This document shows positions 44,401 to 47,775 of a stretch of DNA of 47,775 nt, piece by piece. The stretch comes from a virus (lineage: Duplodnaviria; Caudoviricetes). Below the pieces are notes generated by a model. The model did not search any database and was not told the origin of the DNA. It saw nothing but the letters and a program-made list of their open reading frames with translations. Within the stretch, counting starts at the first letter, position 1. Every line of letters starts with the position of its first letter. Where the stretch lies: positions 1 to 47,775 of IMG/VR virus record IMGVR_UViG_3300037445_000040. One strand, 5' to 3'. A program made the position numbers and the translations under genes.

Positions 44401-46157
44401 GCAAGGGCGTCATCTACGACGACGAGGCGGACCGCCTCAGGGCCCGGCGCGACGAACTCAAGAAGGAGTTCGAGCAAGTCTTCGGCCGCAAGGAGCTCTC
44501 CGATCAGCAGCGCCTCAACATCTGGAAGGCGAGCGCCCAGCGCCGGGTCGCCGAGTATCAGCGGCGCCTCGCCGAGCGCGAGTTCGAGCCGCCGGCGAAG
44601 CGGCCGCCGCCCCCGATGGACGCTGAGGGCATCCGGATCAAGGCCGACCTCGAGCGCATCAAGCAGGACTTCGCGATCGAGCGCGCGAAGGCGGAGGAGG
44701 CCGCGCTTCCCGCGTGGCAGCGGCGCCTCCGGACGACCGCGGACCTCGCCCGCGCCTCCGCCCTCTCCGGCTACCACACGCTGGCGAAGCTCGCGTCCTA
44801 CAGCCTCGCCCGATTCGCCGAGAAGCCCGTCGTCGAGGCCGTCGGCGCCGCGCTCCGGAGGATACCCGGCGTGGACGTCGTCGCCGCGAAGGCGAACCTC
44901 GAGGCGGGAGCGGAGTTCGAGGGCCTCGCCAAGTTTTACGCGAAGGCCGCGACCGACGGCATCCGCGACGGCTGGGAGACCATCACTACCGGGAAGAGTT
45001 CACTCAAGGCCGAGCTCGCCGACTTCCGGGAGAACGTCCAGCCGGTTCGCTGGTGGGACTATTTCGGGCTGAGCCATATGTCGGAGAAATCCCCGCTCCT
45101 CCGCGGCGAGTTCGAGCTCCGGCTCGAGAAGAACCACCAGTGGGCGATCGCGAACGGGTTCGACGTGACCGACGGGCTCGTCGAGGCCGCGCTACGCAAG
45201 GACGCCTTCGACTACGCGCAGCACGAGATTCTTCAGGAGAAGAACGTCTTCTCGGAGTGGATCAACACGCTCCACAACCGACTCGAGGCCGCAAACCCGA
45301 AGACCGGCAAGGCGGACGTGACGAAGGCCGCCCTCTCCGCGTTTGCGCGCACCTTCCTGACGAAGGGGATCGTGAAGACCCCCGCGAATTACGTGATGCA
45401 AACCCTGAAACGGACGCCGCTCGGCCTCGCGAAGGGGACGGCGCAACTCTTCGTCGCGCACCGGCAGGGCGTAGCCGCCCTCACCCCGGAGGAGGCGAAC
45501 GCGATCTTCCGCTTGCTCAAACTCGGCGCCGTCGGCTCCGCCGTCTTCGTTTGGGGCGCGATCGACGCCTCGAAGTCACCAAAGGACCGTATCTTCGGCG
45601 GCTACTACCAGCCCGGGGACAAGCGCGGGAGCGACGACGTCGGCTTCGGCCGCATCCGGATCGACGGATGGGAGATGCCGCACCTCCTGACGCACAACCC
45701 GCTGACCGAGTCCGGGCAGATGGGGTCGACGTTTTACCGCGTGATGAAGTCCACGCTCACGAAGCTCGGGAAGAAGCCGAAGCGCGAGCGCGGGGCGACC
45801 TCCGACGCCGAGGACATGGCCTCCGCGGCCGCCGCCGGCGCCGCCGCGTCGATCGTCGCCGTCGCCTCGGAGGCCCCGATCGTCAGCCCGATCACCCGCG
45901 AGGTGCAGGACGTCGAGCGCGGCGAGGCGAACAAGCTGATCTGGGACGAGCTAGCCGGCCTCGTCCCGATGCTCGCGTCGAACCTAGCGCAGGACCTCGA
46001 CTCCGGGAAGAGCCGGAAGCCGGAGAGCCTCGGTCAGGCGATCGAGATGAACATCCCCGGTCTGCGCGGCAACGTGCCGGAGACAAAAGCGCAGAAGGAG
46101 AAGGACCGGCTCGACAAGCTCAAGCAGAGCCGAAACGTCGACACCACGAACAAATGA
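41493..46157 (+). CDS. large internal virion/ejection protein (gp16-like)
   Basis: 1554 aa, helical; synteny. Confidence 0.7.
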   Translation: MAEIATWQPPEVAGATSAGTTAADNWVPPEVATNAPTPGRVFASPNSVMRTDPDAHWRSLYGGLDGLDRRLDPQQAAAFGSLDKISRDPKEDRARAINQTFIGEKLKMPPEALHSNWDAVKSAFAKSELSIDQDKIPDKSLYGWIGQRLNPPEDKIPDKGEVKAWTWRDRLGGDLYAVKREAERLWSSIFKPFTELPSAPADLPDVWIPGGVSGIPTNPAVLGGVYNGAIKPLIESLESPGGIATLALPALRTGGTATKVAFKGISGLFAGLMGWGTYESGKELARLRSDPNSTTQEQVAALSSAVSNGAMTLLGALGTAFDKIPERADKVAASMEGKPMAEAAEVLRREAVPLAPEQADALNQAAAKIDEVAAKVPTPIGAGLEQTATGEVRPIAQEKIAAAAVRASDGTVSEGQSHAEIKTELTGEEVPEGEKPLEGSTEGFVTTTGRFVNRSEASAIAADAGQLKPDVAEKPPTELRSHEVEYAEPRSSFGQTSLKNAYGELERDAYGFDEATPTEKRSMAERWARSKEVLNQNPKAGEQLAARLLADPNIGLTDDQSALLLRHKVDLQRALNTAADAAADPNASPVLKAEAQAQVKDLSDQLVKLLDAVKNRGSEWGREGRWRQALAREDYSFASQETLLRAAKGGAELTEAERQGLMDRIAALEKKQAQWDARQARTTESPNQAADRAVRAMERPPAGAPRRVKLAESIREKLHAKAAESRKFLAGKVLSPTPEDLYHMAVIGADQIYSVGLDFAKWSAAMVGELGEKVRPLLSQIWESAQKQFHSENRAGLVADLAALGSEDRIKRLSGIAQELARSHIAQGVKGRDAVLDAVFADVHKAMPEATRSEVRDAISGYGQFKPLTHDQISDQLRDIKGQLQQIAKLEDMEEGRAPKKTGVERKIPSDEERRLQQQVEAKKKEGGYVKTDPERQLKTALEAVKTRLTNQIKDLETQIETRTKIVKERKGVIYDDEADRLRARRDELKKEFEQVFGRKELSDQQRLNIWKASAQRRVAEYQRRLAEREFEPPAKRPPPPMDAEGIRIKADLERIKQDFAIERAKAEEAALPAWQRRLRTTADLARASALSGYHTLAKLASYSLARFAEKPVVEAVGAALRRIPGVDVVAAKANLEAGAEFEGLAKFYAKAATDGIRDGWETITTGKSSLKAELADFRENVQPVRWWDYFGLSHMSEKSPLLRGEFELRLEKNHQWAIANGFDVTDGLVEAALRKDAFDYAQHEILQEKNVFSEWINTLHNRLEAANPKTGKADVTKAALSAFARTFLTKGIVKTPANYVMQTLKRTPLGLAKGTAQLFVAHRQGVAALTPEEANAIFRLLKLGAVGSAVFVWGAIDASKSPKDRIFGGYYQPGDKRGSDDVGFGRIRIDGWEMPHLLTHNPLTESGQMGSTFYRVMKSTLTKLGKKPKRERGATSDAEDMASAAAAGAAASIVAVASEAPIVSPITREVQDVERGEANKLIWDELAGLVPMLASNLAQDLDSGKSRKPESLGQAIEMNIPGLRGNVPETKAQKEKDRLDKLKQSRNVDTTNK

Positions 46158-46276
46158 GCCGCCCCACCGAAGAAGTCCTCGAGGACGCGGACTGGACCGA
46201 GACCGGCCGGTGCGGCTGCCTGATCCCCGATCCCGACGTGACCGAGGACTCCGAGGGAGACGACGATGAAGACTGA
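46154..46276 (+). CDS. small acidic protein
   Basis: ATGA-coupled; MSRPTEEVLEDADW..CGC..DDDED. Confidence 0.4.
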   Translation: MSRPTEEVLEDADWTETGRCGCLIPDPDVTEDSEGDDDED

Positions 46277-47552
46277 CCTGAAAGACAAAACCGTTCTCGT
46301 CTGCTGCTCGCCGCTCTTCGTGTCGTTCGCGGAGCGCCTCGCGCGAGACTTCGGGAAGGTTTTGCTGCACGTCCCATACGCCGGGACCTTCCCAACGATG
46401 AACCAAGGCCTCGTGGGCAGCGGCATCCCGGGGGTCGAGAGCGTCAGCTCGTTCTTCGGCCCGCACTTCGAGTTGGTCGATCTGTTCGTGTTCCCAGACA
46501 TAGGGTCGGCCGCGCTGCAGATCCAACTCGAGAAGATGGGCAAGCGGGTCTGGGGCGCGCGCAACGGCGAGGAGTTGGAGCAGCACCGCGAGGTCTGCAA
46601 GCGGCTCATGGAGAAGGCGGGGCTGCCGGTCGCGCCGTGGCGGATCGTCGAGGGGATGACCGCGCTCCGAAAGCACCTCGCGGCGCACAAGGACCAGCAC
46701 GTGAAGATCAACAAGTGGCGCGGGCTCACCGAGACCTTCTTCAGCCCGAACATCGACGTCGTGAGCGCGAAGCTCGACGACCTGCAGAACGAGCTCGGCG
46801 CCTTCAAGGAGACCTGTCCCTTCATCGTCGAGGACGACCTGCCGGACCGAGTCGAGGTAGGGACGGACGTCTACTGCATCGACGGCGCCTACCCGGCGAA
46901 GACGCTGATCGGGATCGAGGTGAAGGACCTCGGCTACTGCGCCGAGTTCGTCGAGTGGGACTCTATCCCCGAGCCGCTGCGCCGGTGGAACGAGACGATG
47001 GCCCCGGATCTCGCGCGCTACGGCTACCGCGGGTTCCTCTCGTGCGAGATCCGGATCGGCGAGGACAAGCTGCCCTACCAGATCGACGCCTGCTGCCGCG
47101 CCGGGAGCCCGCCTTCGGAGCTCTATCAGGAGTTCTACCTCAACCTCGCGGAGATCATCTGGGAGGGCGCGGACGGGAACCTCGTCGACCCGGAGCCGAT
47201 CTCGAAGTTCGGCGCGCAGATCGTGCTCAAGAGCACGTGGGCGAACGGGCACCTCCAGCCGGTGATCGTCCCGGAGAAGTTCGCGCGCAACGTGAAGCTC
47301 TTCGACTACGTCGTCGTCGACGGGAAGCGGTTCGTCCTCCCGCTCGAGAAGGACGTTCACGAGATCGGGGCCGTCGTCGGCTGGGGCGAAACTATGGAGG
47401 ACGCGATCGAGATGGTCCGCGAGGCCGGCGAGTCGATCGAGGGCTACGGGATCAAGTTCGCGATCGGCCCCGTCGAGCAGGCCGTCGAGCAGATGGAGAA
47501 GCTCGAGGAGCTCGGCGTCTCCCCGTTCACGATCAAGGAGGGGAAGAAATGA
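46266..47552 (+). CDS. PurD-like ATP-grasp ligase
   Basis: VWGA..ELEQHR..CKRLMEKAGLP, VKINK, FIVEDDL, GYRGFLSCE, DACCRAGSP (PurD has EFNxRFGDP). Confidence 0.8.
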   Translation: MKTDLKDKTVLVCCSPLFVSFAERLARDFGKVLLHVPYAGTFPTMNQGLVGSGIPGVESVSSFFGPHFELVDLFVFPDIGSAALQIQLEKMGKRVWGARNGEELEQHREVCKRLMEKAGLPVAPWRIVEGMTALRKHLAAHKDQHVKINKWRGLTETFFSPNIDVVSAKLDDLQNELGAFKETCPFIVEDDLPDRVEVGTDVYCIDGAYPAKTLIGIEVKDLGYCAEFVEWDSIPEPLRRWNETMAPDLARYGYRGFLSCEIRIGEDKLPYQIDACCRAGSPPSELYQEFYLNLAEIIWEGADGNLVDPEPISKFGAQIVLKSTWANGHLQPVIVPEKFARNVKLFDYVVVDGKRFVLPLEKDVHEIGAVVGWGETMEDAIEMVREAGESIEGYGIKFAIGPVEQAVEQMEKLEELGVSPFTIKEGKK

Positions 47553-47743
47553 ACGAGCTCCCCGACCTCCCGCCAGAGGAACGCCACCGGATACGTTCGG
47601 AGGCCCCGCCGTGGGCCGGCGCTCCGCGACCAGCTGCCGACTTTCATTTTGGGTTGCCCCCGGCAACCCCGAACCGTAGCAATCCGGACGCCAGCCGATC
47701 CCGCGGTCCGGAGAACACCGATGGATCGGACAAACGCCCATGA
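47549..47743 (+). CDS. possible small Pro-rich protein
   Basis: ATGA overlaps at both ends, but it overlaps promoter-like and hairpin sequence. Confidence 0.35.
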   Translation: MNELPDLPPEERHRIRSEAPPWAGAPRPAADFHFGLPPATPNRSNPDASRSRGPENTDGSDKRP

Positions 47744-47775
47744 AACTCGCCCACGTTCTCCGATCCATCGGTGTT
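47714..47775. repeat. 17-bp perfect inverted repeat reaching the window edge
   Basis: AACACCGATGGATCGGA (47714-47730) / TCCGATCCATCGGTGTT (47759-47775). Confidence 0.85.

Noticed and set aside
46266-47552. Calling the gene purD, an auxiliary metabolic gene
   Set aside because: It lacks the PurD N-terminal substrate loop and a purine-gene context, so only the fold-level call is supported.
3757-47768. Many long minus-strand and off-frame ORFs (e.g. 3757-5298, 13072-15276, 22818-25130, 34628-37654, 41475-44777, 45984-47768)
   Set aside because: Shadow ORFs of high-GC3 coding on the + strand: Arg/Pro/Gly- or Leu/Val-rich and without motifs. Only the HNH at 32346-32837 is a credible minus-strand gene.
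1-47775. tRNA, rRNA, CRISPR array, integrase/att, holin-endolysin, DNA or RNA polymerase
   Set aside because: None recognisable by eye. The small membrane ORFs have no adjacent endolysin, so they are not called holins. Lifestyle cannot be assigned from this window.

Overview
A high-GC tailed dsDNA phage (or prophage) segment with podovirus-type (T7/BPP-1-like) virion genes. Almost all real genes are on the + strand and many are coupled by ATGA/TGATG overlaps. Left arm (~1-15 kb): nucleic-acid genes, including a KhpA-like KH protein, ASCH, SWIM, HNH nucleases, a PD-(D/E)XK nuclease, an intein-split SMARCAL1-like SNF2 helicase, a UDG-fold protein coupled to a TAGT-type DNA glycosyltransferase, a DnaA domain IV-like protein, and a C5-cytosine methyltransferase with an overprinted EcoHK31I-beta-like ORF. 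Middle (~15-22.5 kb): TerS-like and LexA-DBD genes, then three GT-A glycosyltransferases and two SAM methyltransferases. Right (~22.5-46 kb): tailspike, TerL, portal, scaffold, tandem double GroES, an antisense HNH, major capsid with a structured leader, decoration protein, tail tubular A/B with CBM-like inserts, and ejection proteins. A PurD-like ATP-grasp gene follows. CCWGG sites appear strongly avoided. I recognised no integrase, DNA polymerase, primase, lysis gene, tRNA or CRISPR array. All family calls are from motif recognition by eye, not database searches.
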